Positions 23,179 to 36,689 of a stretch of 64,000 nucleotides of DNA are shown one piece after another; position 1 is the stretch's first letter; each line of letters opens with the position of its first letter. Source of the DNA: Phoronis australis (Eukaryota; Animalia; Phoronida); NCBI GenBank assembly GCA_002633005.1, contig NMRA01000135.1, positions 404,183-468,182 on the forward strand, in the 5' to 3' direction. Both the position numbers and the translations under genes were made by a program. The notes beneath the pieces were generated by a model. That model saw only the letters and a list, made by a program, of their open reading frames with translations, was not told the origin of the DNA and did not search any database.

Positions 23179-26100
23179 TCATACTCCAAGCAATTCGGCT
23201 TCCTCTTTTTTCTGTTTCTGGAAAATACAAGTTGTTTATTTACACAAAATATTTATAATGAACATGAACTATATGAAAATATTCTTTTACAACTGCAGTT
23301 TATAAAGCGTGGATGGATTTTAGCATTTCATAACATTGAGGTTTGACTGTGTGTAATACTTTTATAACACAAAAGCAAATATACTATTAAAACTTATTTT
23401 GGGAAGTAAGAGAAATTTTGTATTTAAAAGAAAAAATGATTTTTTGGTTTCCCGCCACGTGATGTCATCAGTGGAAGACATTTATCTGTTGACAGCATAT
23501 ACGCAATGGGAGATAGAGATTTTGTATGTTACAAAGACTTAGAAAGCGAGCTTGACGAGTGTTATGAAGACATAAATGGAGATGACACTCAGGCCATAGA
23601 TGAAACTAGTTATGCCATATCGGAAGGCTGCGTTCTTGAGGCTGTACGAACTCGACCCTCCGGCGAGTGAAGCCGAGTCGGAACCAATTACTAGAACCAA
23701 ACCCACACACACTCAGTAATGTCAGCCCTCTTGCCTTGTCAGTGCTCCATGCACTCCAGAGATATTCTGATATGTTCAGGTCTAACTACATTATGTTATG
23801 CGCTTCATCCAAATAACAGATCACCGACATACAACTCCGGAGTCAGTTTCATGTAAAAGTCGGAAATTTAAGTTTTGCACTACCACTCGTCAATTACTGA
23901 ATGAAGGTTTAGCCATCCCATTATTGGCACACTAAAGCCTCTCAGTAACTAACAGTTATGAGGCTAGTATATTCTCATTACTTTTGCCAAAGTGAGTTTT
24001 AATTATTTTTCAGAAAGTTATGTGGAGCGCAAGACCAAATTTCAAGTTACTTTTCATGAACCAGAGCGGGGAAAGAGCTTTGATCAGTCGCACTCCTGTC
24101 CGTCCCTCACCTCACTTAACGTTACATGAGACAGACCCCAAGACGGAGTGTTGATCAGTCAGACTCATGCCCAAACACTCACCTCACTTAAAGTTACATG
24201 AGACAGGCCCCAGGACAGATTGTTGATCAGTCAGACTCATGCCCAAACACTCACCTCACTTAATGTTACATGAGACAGGCCCCAAGACAGAGTGTTGATA
24301 AGTCAGACTCATGCCCAACACTCACCTCACTGTTAAATGAAAGAGACCCTAGGACAGAGTGTTGATCAGTCAGACTCATACCCAAACACTCACCTCACTT
24401 AATGTTACATGAGACAGGCCCCAGGACAGAGTGTTGATAAGTCAGACTCATGCCCAACACTCACCTCACTGTTAAATGAAAGAGACCCTAGGACAGAGTG
24501 TTGATCAGTCACTCACCTCACTGAATGCTACTGACTTTGCTGTCTGATACTCTTCTTCTTCTTGCATCAATTCATACATACGCTGCTTATAGCTGAAAAT
24601 ACAACAGTAATATAATGTCTCATAGTGGACTAATTATGTCATTTCAAAATAGAAAAATCACGCAATGTGTGAACAATCTTAAACAAACACCATTCGCCAC
24701 TTGTGTCGAACATGAGAACTGAAATCAGAAGAAATTAGGAGTGGTTCAACTTAATGAAACTTAAGCAGTCCGGTGGAGTACAGTCAACATTTCCAAAACC
24801 ACCAATGACAACCTGTGGTGTGCCAGTTGCCTATTGAGACTGGGCATCCCTCACGAACTTTTAGTCAATGACTTTGCTATAATAGACCAAGCACAAACAA
24901 CAAAGGAGCTGAAAATTTGTGAGGCTCTAAACATTAATTGGTGCAAGCCCAGTCTCAAAAGGCAACTGTCTCACCAAGTTGTCATTAGTCTAGTCTGCTG
25001 TTACTCCCCTGTAACTGACTGTGTCTGTGTATCATTACTTGTTGTTGGGCCTTGCAAGGTGGCCACTGTTTTTTCTTCTGAGGATGGTGTTTTAATAAAT
25101 GCCAAAACAAGGTCAAGTTGGTTTAAATACATCATTGTTTTCCCCAGTTTTATTTTTAGCCTGGCTCAGTTCTTTTCAGTTTGTCAAACAAAATCATTAA
25201 GAAAACCACAAACATTATCTTCACAACTCCACTAAGACGTACTGTGTTAAATAAAATTTCATCTGCATAACTTTCAATTCAACATCCACATTAAATACTT
25301 CCATTTATTTCATGGTCAGAAGAAAATCTTCATTATTACCTCCAGCCTCGAATTTGCACACTGTGTATTGTTGAGGCAATAGTTTGTGAATTGAGCTCAT
25401 GACTCTAAGCAGCACTCAGTGGTTAAACTATCACACAAATATACAATCACATATAACTACCTCAAGTTCCTGTGCAGAGGACAATATGCCCTCATATGGA
25501 ATGTGTATACTTTATAGTAAAACATTTACCGTCTATCACATTGGCAAAAAGCCAAGCTCATTGCAGACCCTGTTTCTATTTGCCGATCTTAGCTCTGTAT
25601 AGTTCAAGCAGCAAAGATTGTTTTAGTGTCATGCGGCGAAAGTTATTTCATGGCCGTAGTACAAGTCATCAAACGTTCTGTTTCTGACCTTTAAGGAGAA
25701 GTCGTGGCTCAATAATATTTTGGATCAAGGTTGGATGTTTTGACTTCATTAAACAAGGCCCATATTAGAAGACAGCCTAGTGGTAAATTATTAGAAATAA
25801 GAATAGTATATCAGGTTACAGGTTAAACATGATCTCAATAGTTGTATATGTGTGGTTAAGACATTCAGATGCATTCAGTCCATACAAAAACTTACACATC
25901 ACTGTATGGGTTATTGGCTTGGTTACGACATTTGCTCAACTTTTTCTCAGCTTTTTTCACATCATCCTTATTGAGAGGCGGAATATTTTTTACCATATAT
26001 TTCATTCCTGAAAAAAATGAAGGTTATATTACATACAGTTGAATATTGAAAACGCTATTATAATGGATGCTATTTTTTATTTTTCGAATAAGTAAAACTT

Positions 26101-29100
26101 GAAGAAAATTTCAAACGTTTCAAAATTAGGCCTTTCAACTAAATAACTCTATAACATTTCAGAAACAAGCAGCGACTAAGTCGTTATTTTCAGTACTTTA
26201 GGGGTCATCTTTTGCTGACAAAAATTGTAAAAAAGTGGGTAAACTTAGTCATATCATCAAAAATTAAGTACTATGGCACACAACCTTTGGTATTTGGGTC
26301 TGGGGTCTCACAGTGGAAATGTGTTTATGGTCTTGCCATACATAACCCAGTCTTAGAACGTTCAAGCTCGTCTCAACACCATGATGATAGAAACAAGGAT
26401 GAATGGAAAACGACCAACTTTGGCTAAAAATGCCTGAAATGCGACACCATCTAGGGGGTTCTTGGACAGATTGTACAACACATGGTCAGTTCCTCCTCAG
26501 GTATTTCCCATTTTCAAGATCACACTGAGAACTACTTTGAAGTAACACCGTCTAATACGTCTGATACTGACATCAAGACCTATGTTTTCAATTTTTAATA
26601 AAGATCAACGGGGAATTCCTAGTATATATTTTATTCTTGGTACCGTAAGACAGGTCTAAACACTCTAGAACAATGACTGCTCTCAATTTCATGCACCACA
26701 ACAACTTACGTTTTACCATTTCTACCGTTTGAGACACTTGACTTTGATTGTCTTTACCAAGTAGACTATCTGTCACGTAACTGAAACAAATTCTAAGAAT
26801 GAACTTCAGCTGGTATCATCAGATTAATACTTATTAAGTCAATTTTAATCTACAATTAGTTAGATTTGTATTGCATAGGTTAATAAATGACATTGGGCAG
26901 CAAGGCGATCACCCAAAGCAGAAAAATGACATCAATCGTGTAAAATTAGTAGTAAGAATTAAGCCCTCCGTGCGACTGATTATTATGTGAGTGACTCAAA
27001 CAATGTTATTAGTAACCTGACAAAATGACTTTTTTTAAATATTCTAAAATCATAGGGTTTACAATGAAAATGAGAGCACCAGACAATGAGAAGTGAAAAT
27101 TTGAAATATTTTATGTACGTACCAACCAACACATCAGGATAGACGGAAGGGAAACAAAATAGTTTAAGGATGTCCTAACAAAGATTTATTTCTCAAGTCA
27201 ACATTTGCATAAAAAGCATGAGAAATAACAGCCAAGAACCAAAAGCCTATATTTTGGAAATCTAAGTCTCAGGGTAACAAATTGTTAGATTGTAATATGG
27301 TCAAAAAGAGATGAAGGTTACCATCCATGACACATTGCGCAACGTAAATTTTGCATGTTTGGCACAGAGAACATGTTTGTAGATTCTGGACGAGTGTTAC
27401 TTGTTTAACAAACATGGGTTTTAGCATTGGTATCTAGAAATGTAATACTAACAATGATGTTTAACTGGCAAACAAACCCTCTGCACATTGTTTGATTGGA
27501 AATGGACAAAGCTTGGAGTTTGTCGAATACCAAATATCCTGTGTGACACACAGTAATAATCAAAAAGAAGTTAGTAATGATTAAATACTAACAGCCACAA
27601 ATTTATAAAAAGTGCGTGCCCAACTAGGCTGAAACAAGAGCTAATATTAGTCGGGCATACCTGTCTAGGTTGATGTGTTGCCGAGTAGCACTGGACAAAA
27701 TGGCGGAAAGAGCAATCTGTGATGGGGCAAAGATGAGGCAAGCGTCTGTGTTCAGTGACTTGTCTAGAAAATCCTCCGCACCCTTCCTGAGAATTTCTGC
27801 GTTCTCCAACCAGCTACACTTGGTCTACAATGAAACAAAATTGTACACGTTCAAGTGTGTTAAGCTTATTTATCCAAAATTGTTCTTTTGAGTGAAACTA
27901 ATGGATTGAACATAAAGACTTCTTAAATCATATCCTTTACTTTTTACTGCAAGAATGTATCATGCTCATTACGCCATATATCAGATGTCAATTGTCACAT
28001 AGTGTTTGATTTTACTTTATTTCTGTTTCTGTTTCTGTTGAGGAAGGATGTTATTATATCCAAAAATTTCAGCGATCCACTATACGTATATCGTATATTT
28101 ATTCTAACTTTCCTGATAATGCCTCTTCATTCTCGGTTTGAGGAAAGTCTTCTTTGACGATGAATTCGGCTTTCGCACACTCGCGATGACGGGGGGAAAT
28201 CCTATCATTTTGTCTGAACGCATTTGTTGTGTACTGTACATACATGTGCCTAATATCTATGCCTAAATCAGGTTACCTTGATGTCTATAAACAACCCCTC
28301 TAGAGGCCTGAAGGGGTTGTGTATTGTAAGATGGTAATTCAGCTGCTGCATCAGTAGCAATTCAAAACTGAGTATGATGTCTGCTAGTACTTCAGGGTCT
28401 CCCTTGATGTTGGCCACAAACTGCATAATGGACACATTGAACTCTTCAACTTTACACGCCAGGTAAACACAAGTCAACCTAAAAGATAAGGTTAATAGTT
28501 GAACATTTAGTTTGATGATTTTAAGTTTAACTTATTAAACAATGCACAAACCATTACAAAGGAAATAACAATAAATTTGCTCACAACATTTTGTAATTCT
28601 AAATACCCACATCCTGACAGTCACTCATTACAGTAATCTTTTAAGGAATTGCACTTGATGTGACCCAGTAAGTTTTAATTTTGTTTCTAAATGGAAACAT
28701 TTAGATAATGCGTTCACACTACTTACATAGTAGATTACGTAATGAAACAATGAGCCAACATTTTGGTAAATTGTTAACTTTAGGACTCCTTCACCTCATC
28801 CAATAATAAACACAATAAACACTAATTAAAATTAGATTACAAGACTCAAACCGATTCTGTAAAATGTTTTGGATGCATAGGCAGCCATTAAATCAAATTT
28901 TTCGAATAATCATGATTAAGAACAGCCATGGTCACTTCCCCACTAATGAAGACTGTATATTTAGTATTACAGCTTTGTACCAAGGCTAGCTTGAAGAGCA
29001 CCTTTCTAATGACTGCACTGAGTGCAAAAGCAACTCTTACATTATTTCTCTAGGATGATAGTCCATAACTGAATTGTGAAGGTAGAATCTCTTCAAATAG

Positions 29101-31376
29101 GCCATCGCTGTTCCCTGAAAAAATCAAAAGCAGACTTTACAAGATCAACACTGAGCATTGGTATGCGCCCACCGTGTGCATCGTAAATGAATAGGGGGTG
29201 CTCACTTTTTCAAGCATTTCCAAATTCCAAGCACTAGAGTGAGCAATCCACAAGGAGCAGTGCTTGTCATTTGGAAATTCCCACATGCAATCTTGGATAA
29301 TATTGAGACTGCCATAGCAATGATTAAAATCGCCACCAGGGGCACTGCAGCCATTAAATCCATCTAATAACTGATGCTAGTAATGCAAACCATAATAACT
29401 CATTTGCCACGATTCCTGAATGGGAGAGGTGGATAACAAAGAGCCAACTAAACTAATAAAATTGCCTGTAGGTGGCACAGCATAAGTTACAAAAATGGGC
29501 AAGTGTACTCTGAGAACTGAAAACCTTCTAAAAATCAACACCAGTTAAGATTCTGTCAATAGAAATATCTGTGACAAATTTTTGTAAAAATTCTTCACAC
29601 CAGAAAGACAGGTATCAAAAATGGATAGCAAAAACTGCCATTAGGCGAAAGCAGAATCCAGACTCATTCAAAAACCAACGCCACCCTGCTCTTAAAAAAG
29701 GAGCATATCTCTCAAATCCCCTTCACCAAACTTAGTAGATATTGAGACAGGTACAAATTAAAACTAAAACTGCCACCTCAGCCATGTTCTCGCATCTCTC
29801 AAGTTTTATGAACATCTTTCTATCAGTTTGGCAGATACAGAAGTGGATGACAAAAACGGACACAAGAACACCAAAACTGTCACTTGGGGGTGCAGCAGTA
29901 GTTGGATCAGCCGGAAATTTATGGATAGTGCCATGTTCTTGATAAAAACACATCAGATTCAGTGAATTATCATGAAGTTCCAGTAAGTGACTTGGTAGAT
30001 ACACGCTAAGGGAAACGTAAAAACGTAAAATTGCCACTACATTTATCCGTCAAAGAGTCATAGTCGTCCATCGTCTGCTTCATAAGAATACACAAGAGTA
30101 GTGACTAATTTCAAGAAGATCTTGCAAGGACTTGAGATACTGCAGCAAACAACAAGACAAAAATAAAACAGTTTCAATTCTGATTTTCAAAAATGCTAAC
30201 TATGCAATAAATATGAAACGTCAAACAGGCGATTTTTTGAAAAACCACACATTAACTAATTGACTAAATTCATTCTCATGAGCAATTTTTGTGACTTACA
30301 ATGACGTTGCGTGGCATGGGAGGCTTGAAACGACAGCAAAATTCCTTGAGTGCATACTCATAATGCCTACATAATAACCACTCTTCTGCTGTAGTCAAGA
30401 ACTTGCTGCAATCTTTCTGAGTCTCTTCCTGCTGCAAATGAAGCAACCATAGAATATAAATGAGTGTTCTCACAACAATCAAACAAACAACACATTGATT
30501 ATGTCGACACTCACTTTGACAAACTGCTAGCAAAATCATTCTACAGTAACTTGTGGAAAACATGCTAAATAAGTTTTCTAATTTGTTTTCGCTCGGTTTT
30601 CTTTTGATTTTCAAGAGATGCAAAATGGGTGAAGACACAATGGTTAGAATTTGATCTTCAGACCGTCAGTTTTATAATCCTACCNNNNNNNNNNNNNNNN
30701 NNNNNNNNNNNNNNNNNNNNNNNNNNNNNNNNNNNNNNNNNNNAGGAAGGCAGGGAGACAGTAGGGGTCAAGTGGGCGGTAGTGTGACATAGCATAGTCA
30801 ATTTAAAGATACATTTATACAATTCACTAAACAGATGTTCATAAGTTTGTTTGTTCACAGTTGAGTGTTTTTATGTACCACAAGTAGATTTAATAGCAGT
30901 GATTAGTATAAAACAAGTTGTCCTGGAAAACCAAAGTCACTTGAGAATCTGATTCTGCAGTGCAAAACGAAAATGCTGTGAAGTACAATAGCATCCCAAC
31001 TGTTTTAGCCACAGTTAAAAATGAAGCACAATGTTTAAAATTCAACATTTCAGCAAGTGGATTACATTTCACTGAGTACTCACGACAGTTTATATCACAC
31101 GACAGGGAAAAGCGATACCTCAACTGACGTCTGTACTCTTCGAGTGCTATCTAGATATCTTCCTAGCGCCTTTTCTGCATGTTTGATCTGGTTTTGAAAG
31201 TGGTCTGCACTCTCCTAGTGGTTTCTAGATAAGTACGTTCTCAATATAATTACCCCTTCTTCTTCACTCTTGCTCTCAAGTTTTACATAGGATTCATTGG
31301 CCTCCTCTCTCAGTATGTGTAGTTCGGCTTCGCTAGGAAAAGTCCAGTGTTTCATCTGTGAACTACTGGAGAACAT
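23179..31376 (-). CDS. CCNH: Cyclin H (CAK/TFIIH subunit), 9 coding exons, ~329 aa
   Basis: Exons 31376-31254 ([13 protein letters not shown]...), 30428/30431-30300 (...[14 protein letters not shown]), 29114-29041 ([24 protein letters not shown]), 28478-28277 ([16 protein letters not shown]...[15 protein letters not shown]), 27824-27661 (...[17 protein letters not shown]...), 26780-26710, 26007-25896 (...[13 protein letters not shown]), 24592-24517, 23217-23179 ([12 protein letters not shown]). Phases are consistent throughout. An acceptor ~12 nt upstream of the ATG implies a non-coding first exon. Confidence 0.96.
24080..24522. repeat. ~70-bp minisatellite containing repeated copies of the CCNH exon-8 splice donor
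   Basis: CTCACCTCACT at 24106, 24178, 24250, 24321, 24389, 24460 and 24512 (spacings 72, 72, 71, 68, 71, 52). Confidence 0.9.
29139..30150 (+). mobile_element. Degenerate copy of the HINE-like element in the intron between CCNH coding exons 2 and 3
   Basis: ACAAGATCAACACTGAGCATTGGTATGCGCCCACCGTGTGCATC start, followed by diverged repeat units (CGCCACCAGGGGCAC, AAAATTGCCACTA). Confidence 0.55.
30685..30743. other. Assembly gap (N run)
   Basis: 59 consecutive n. Single n also occurs at 10889, 34671 and 55596. Confidence 0.99.
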
Positions 31377-32890
31377 GGTCACAAATATCTGTAAAATAAG
31401 CCTTACCAGTATAGCAATCGAACCGCATTGAAGATCACAGTAGACTCAAAGCAACATAGGCCCCATGACTCATTGTAACAAAGACAGTGTCTGCCCATGT
31501 AAAGCCAGTCTCATTACTTATAACTGTAATGAACTAGTCTCGAAAATTTCCTTTTTACTGGTTTCCATTCTCAAAATGGATTGAGAGACCACCTGCCATT
31601 GCCACAAAGCAATCCAGTCTTGAAAGAGATGGCCCACCCTGTCAAAAGTCTGACATCACTAAATTAACATTCTTCTTACTTGTCGAAGTCCTGAATGGTG
31701 CGTAATATGGTTTATTGACCTCATTTATAGTGAGCACTTTGGATGGTTAAATGTCAAGAATACTAAATGCCATATTAGCCTATGGACCATCGTTAGTTCA
31801 TAATCAGAGTTCTCTACAATCTGTTTTGACCCAACACTGCATCAAGTTTGAAATATTAAATGACAGGTGTGGCTTCCTTGTGTTGAGTTTGAAAACTGAT
31901 GCAATGAGTTTAAAGTTTTGGGAGATTAGGCCATTTTGGAACCAGTTCTATGCATTAGTCCAAGACATAACAAACAAACTCTCCACAGTATGGACATGGG
32001 TTTTCGATATGTACAGGAATTTCGTAATTTCAGTAGTGTTAGAATTTTCTGTTGTGTAGAACACTGATAATGTTCATTACACTAATCACTTTCAAAAGTT
32101 TGGAGTAAGATTCAAAGCTCTTTGAACATTTTGGGCAAAATCATCACTCTGTTTGCCAGATTTTTTAAATGTATAATTTCCTAGCAGTGTTGTGACATTA
32201 TAAGTGCTCATATACATCTACCTGGATACTGATACATGGGCCTGTGCTCAAAATCAGACTCAGCTGTCACTAGACTTGGACAGATCCACCACCTCAGCTA
32301 TCATACTGAGGTAGTGCCCATTCCCATCAAACCACGCATTTTGTAAGCTTTTTGGCAAATTTTGTCTCACTGATATGACATCACATCCCCTGGTGCAAGC
32401 AATGTAAAAATGGTCAGTTGCCAAAAAAGTTTGATTGCAGGAGTATCTCTTCGAGCTGGGAAGAGTTAAATACATCAACGGCCTCCTAAGGTGTCCCTGT
32501 ATATGCAAAAGTACTTACAGCAACAAGACATTTGTGGTTTAATCAGAGTGACTATAAATTTCATCTGTACTACGGCCAGTTGAGATGGCGGATCAGTAGT
32601 ACTATCTGTCTAGACAGTGACTTGCCCCAGTAGAGACAATGAAGCTCATGTAGGAGGGCGTGGTAAAAACAGGAGCATGCACAGTGTTAAAAGTGGCCAC
32701 TTGCCGATTTGGGTTACTGAACGAAGGACTGCTTGAAGAAAAAGTTTGATTATGAGAACATTTGTTCGAGTTGGAGGGATCTAAAGAAATCAACAGCCTG
32801 CTATTGGCCAGTTTCTTTATTCAATGATTCTTCAATCAATTGTTGTTCTTTCACGAGGTTGCGTGCACATCACAACAAATTATTGCAACT

Positions 32891-35800
32891 GGTTTCACTT
32901 CACTTCATTATAAGGTTTTAGAATTTCGACACCAGCAAACCGAATTTCAAAACAAATTATGCTGCTGCGAGAGATGTTGCAAAATTTTAGGAAATTGCAA
33001 GAGTGTACTGTTTTCAAATCAACGATATATACGTTTCTTTTTTACAAAAGGTGGAAATTTAAGCAAGAAAACGATGTTTAATAGATTGTTTTTCACGTTA
33101 ATAGCTGTAACAGGCAATGTGAGAGTCGGTTGACTCCCAGATTGTGAATGCACCCCCGCTTGTCTTTAGCTCTACATGTCGATACAAGTTTCTTAGCGAG
33201 ATGATGAGCAGAACTACTCGGGCTGCGGGCAATTTTGGGTTCTCTCAGAGCTTAACACACAGTGGTACCTGGCTGTATTTTGATGAAAGTCTTCATAATG
33301 GACCCGTTATTCAGTGGAGGAAACTGGTTCTCAAAATCTGGGATCCGACCAGTGCCAGGTAACACTGGTAGTGTCTACTGAGTACTGTCTATTTTGTAAG
33401 ATTCGCAACTCAATAACTGTACTAGCCTTGGTACAAAGCTGTATACTAAATATACAGCTTGGCGCCGATATGGGTAAAAAAGTAGTAAGATAAAATCTGA
33501 CACAATCAGTGTCATTAAAAACTACGTACACTCTTCCTTGAGTAAACTAAATTATTTAACGGTGTTGGAAAAAATGGCGTTCTACCATTATTCTGCTGCT
33601 AATTTTGTGGAGCGATCTTTAGCGATGGCTTTCGGTGCCACGAAATATTGCGTCACCTATTGGTTAGTTTCTTTTTTCGCCAATTTTTCAATCAACTGTT
33701 GTTCTTTCACGAGGTTGCGTACACGTCACAACAAATTATCGGAACTGGTTTCACTTCATTAAGAGTTTTTAGAATTTTGATACCGAAAAACAGAATTTTA
33801 TAAAGAAATTTTGCTGCTGCCAAGCTATCATTATCTCCCGACAGATGTCGAAAAAATTAGGAAATGGCATGTGTGCATGTCACGAGCGTACTGTTTTTAA
33901 AACGACGACATAACTTTTCTTTGTTAAAAAAGCGGAGGATTACGCAAGGAAATGATGTTTGTTGTATTGTTTTTCACTTAAACGGTTGTAACGGGCAAGG
34001 TGAGTGTCCGTTGACTACAAGATTTTGCATGCCTGTCGTCCGGTCGTTAGCTCTACAATCCCTACATGTTGATACAGGTTTCAGGGCAAGGTGACGAGCA
34101 GAACTACCATGGCTGTGAGCAATTTCTGGGCCAATAGAAGAAAAACAACACAGCTTTACCTAGCTGTATTTTGACGATAGTCTTCATACAGCAAGCTGGC
34201 TGGCTATTAATATTAATAACTGCCACTACTGCCACTACACTAGCCAGCCATTGAAGACTACACTCCGAAACCCTATAGTCGTCCGCCTAAGCATAAAACC
34301 GGCTTGTTGTCTTACTCACCCAATTATTCCACTTCAAAGTTATGATCTGAATAGGACTTGATTTAACTCTCACAAATATATAGTATTCGTTGATTCAAAC
34401 GTTTTCTTTTACTTAAGCCGAGTTGTTCAACTGTGCATTGCTTTTCGGCAGCCATTTTATAATGACACCTATGGTCGTCATGTGCTGCCGCCTTTTGAAA
34501 GGACAGAAAACCACACAGAAAAAGGCCAAGAAAATAGTGGAAAGTGGTTTACAGCAACTCTACTTCAACCACAAACTGTTTTACTGGTATGATATCGATT
34601 TTTAAATCGATTAAAATTGATTTAGAATTTCAGTTCTGGAAAATAAATCACAATTGTTTTATTCCAGGCANGGTTTCACTTCACTTCATTATAAGGTTTT
34701 AGAATTTCGACACCAGCAACCGAATTTCAGAACAAATTATGCTGCTGCGAAAGATGTCGCAAAATTTTAGGAAATTGCAAGAGCATACTGTTTTCAAATC
34801 AACGATATATGTTTCTTTTTTACAAAAGGTGGAAATTTAAGCAAGAAACGATGTTTAATAGATTGTTTTTCACGTTAATAGCTGTAACAGGCAATGTGAG
34901 AGTCGGTTGACTCCCAGATTGTGAATGCACCCCCGCTTGTCTTTAGCTCTACATGTCAATACAAGTTTCATAGCGAAATGATGAGCAGAACTACTCGGGC
35001 TCTGAGCAATTTTGGGTTCTCTCAGAGCTTAACACACAGTGGTACCTGGCTGTATTTTGATGAAAGTCTTCATAATGGACCCGTTATTCAGTGGAGGAAA
35101 CTGGTTCTCAAAATCTGGGATCCGACCAGTGCCAGCTAACACTGGTAGTGTCTACTGAGTACTGTTTATTTTGTAAGATTCGCAACTCAATAACTGTACT
35201 AGCCTTGGTACAAAGCTGTATACTAAATATACAGTATATTTAGTATACAGCTTGGTGCCGATATGGGTAAAAAAGTGGTAAGATAAAATCTGACACAATC
35301 AGTGTCATTAAAAACTACTTACACTCTTCCTTGAGTAAACTAAATTATTTAACGGTGTTGGAAAAAATGGCGTTCTACCATTATTCTGCTGCTAATGTTG
35401 TGGAGTCATCTTTAGCAATGGCTTTCGGTGCCACGAAATATTGCGTCACCTATTAGTCAGTTTCTTTTTTTGCCAATTTTTCAATCAACTGTTGTTCTTT
35501 CACGAGGTTGCGTACACGTCACAACAAATTATCGGAACTGGTTTCACTTCATTAAGAGTTTTTAGAATTTTGATACCCAAAAACCGAATTTCATAAAGAA
35601 ATTTTGCAGCTGCCAAGCTATCATTATCTCCCGAGAGATGTCGCAAAAAATTAGGAAATGGCGTGTGTGCATGTCACGAGCGTACTGTTTTCAAGACGAC
35701 ATAACTTTTTTTTGTTAAAAAAATTACGCAAGGAAATGATGTTTGTTGTATTGTTCTTCACTTAAACGGTTGTAACGGGCAAGGTGAGTGTCCGTTGACT

Positions 35801-36030
35801 CCCAGATTTTGCATGCCTGTCGTCCGGTCATTAGCTCTACATGTTGATAGTTTTCAGGGCAAGGTGACGAGCAGAACTACCCTGGCTGTGAGCAATTTCG
35901 GGGCCAATAGAAGAAAAACAACACAGTTTTACCTAGCTGTATTTTGACGATAGTCTTCATACAGATAGCTGGCTGGCTATTAAATTTAATAACTGTACTA
36001 GCCAGCCATTGATTTGAACTTGAAGACTGT
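32891..36030. repeat. ~1.35-kb near-identical direct duplication (32891-~34256 and 34672-~36030) built from MITE-like units
   Basis: Both copies start GGTTTCACTTCACTTCATTATAAGG and end near TAGCCAGCCATTGA; the second copy starts immediately after an n. Confidence 0.85.
34314..34460 (-). promoter_or_regulatory. Candidate CCNH non-coding exon 1 / promoter
   Basis: GTGAGT donor on - at 34319-34314 and a YY1-like AAAATGGCTGC at ~34448-34458 in unique sequence between the duplicated blocks. Confidence 0.35.
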
Positions 36031-36689
36031 ACCCATGCACTTTTAGAAAAGGGGAATGAATACTCAGTCGTGAGTCATCTGGTCATATTTCCTAGACCCC
36101 ACTTTCCACTCTGAATTTAGCAATTTAGTTTAGATATCAGTCATCCTTACCAGTTTTACTGTTCAGTGAGTGTTTTCAGTTTACACTCATTCAAGTGCTT
36201 CAACTTTTTTAGCGCCAGAAACAAGAGAACGGAAATTGCACTTGTACGACACCTGATGGTTAAATCGTTAACGAAAAAGGAAGTGTGAAGATGAATCGGA
36301 GTTTCTAAAATTTCCCACTTGTTCAAGCTTAGTTTCAGGTTAGAAATTTCTTTCTACTAAACTACAATCAAGCAAAATTACCTGATCATAATTGTGTTCA
36401 TGATTTTGCCTTTTTGGAATTGAGCTGGAAATCTTAGACATCGAAAATGACATTGACATCGATTAACTGTCGTGCACTGCTGCAAACCGTAAACTAATAA
36501 TGTAAACATCTCAATTTATTCTATTTCTATCTCATCAGTGGCTCGAGTCGTGGTCTCTCGTTTGCTTGTCTACACGAATGTATGCTAGCTACTGTTCTGT
36601 GCGTTATGTGGACTTGCACATTATGGAAATGGCGTAAGCAAATCCTCATAACGCGCAGCACATTGACACTGTCATACCCATTCCTCCAG

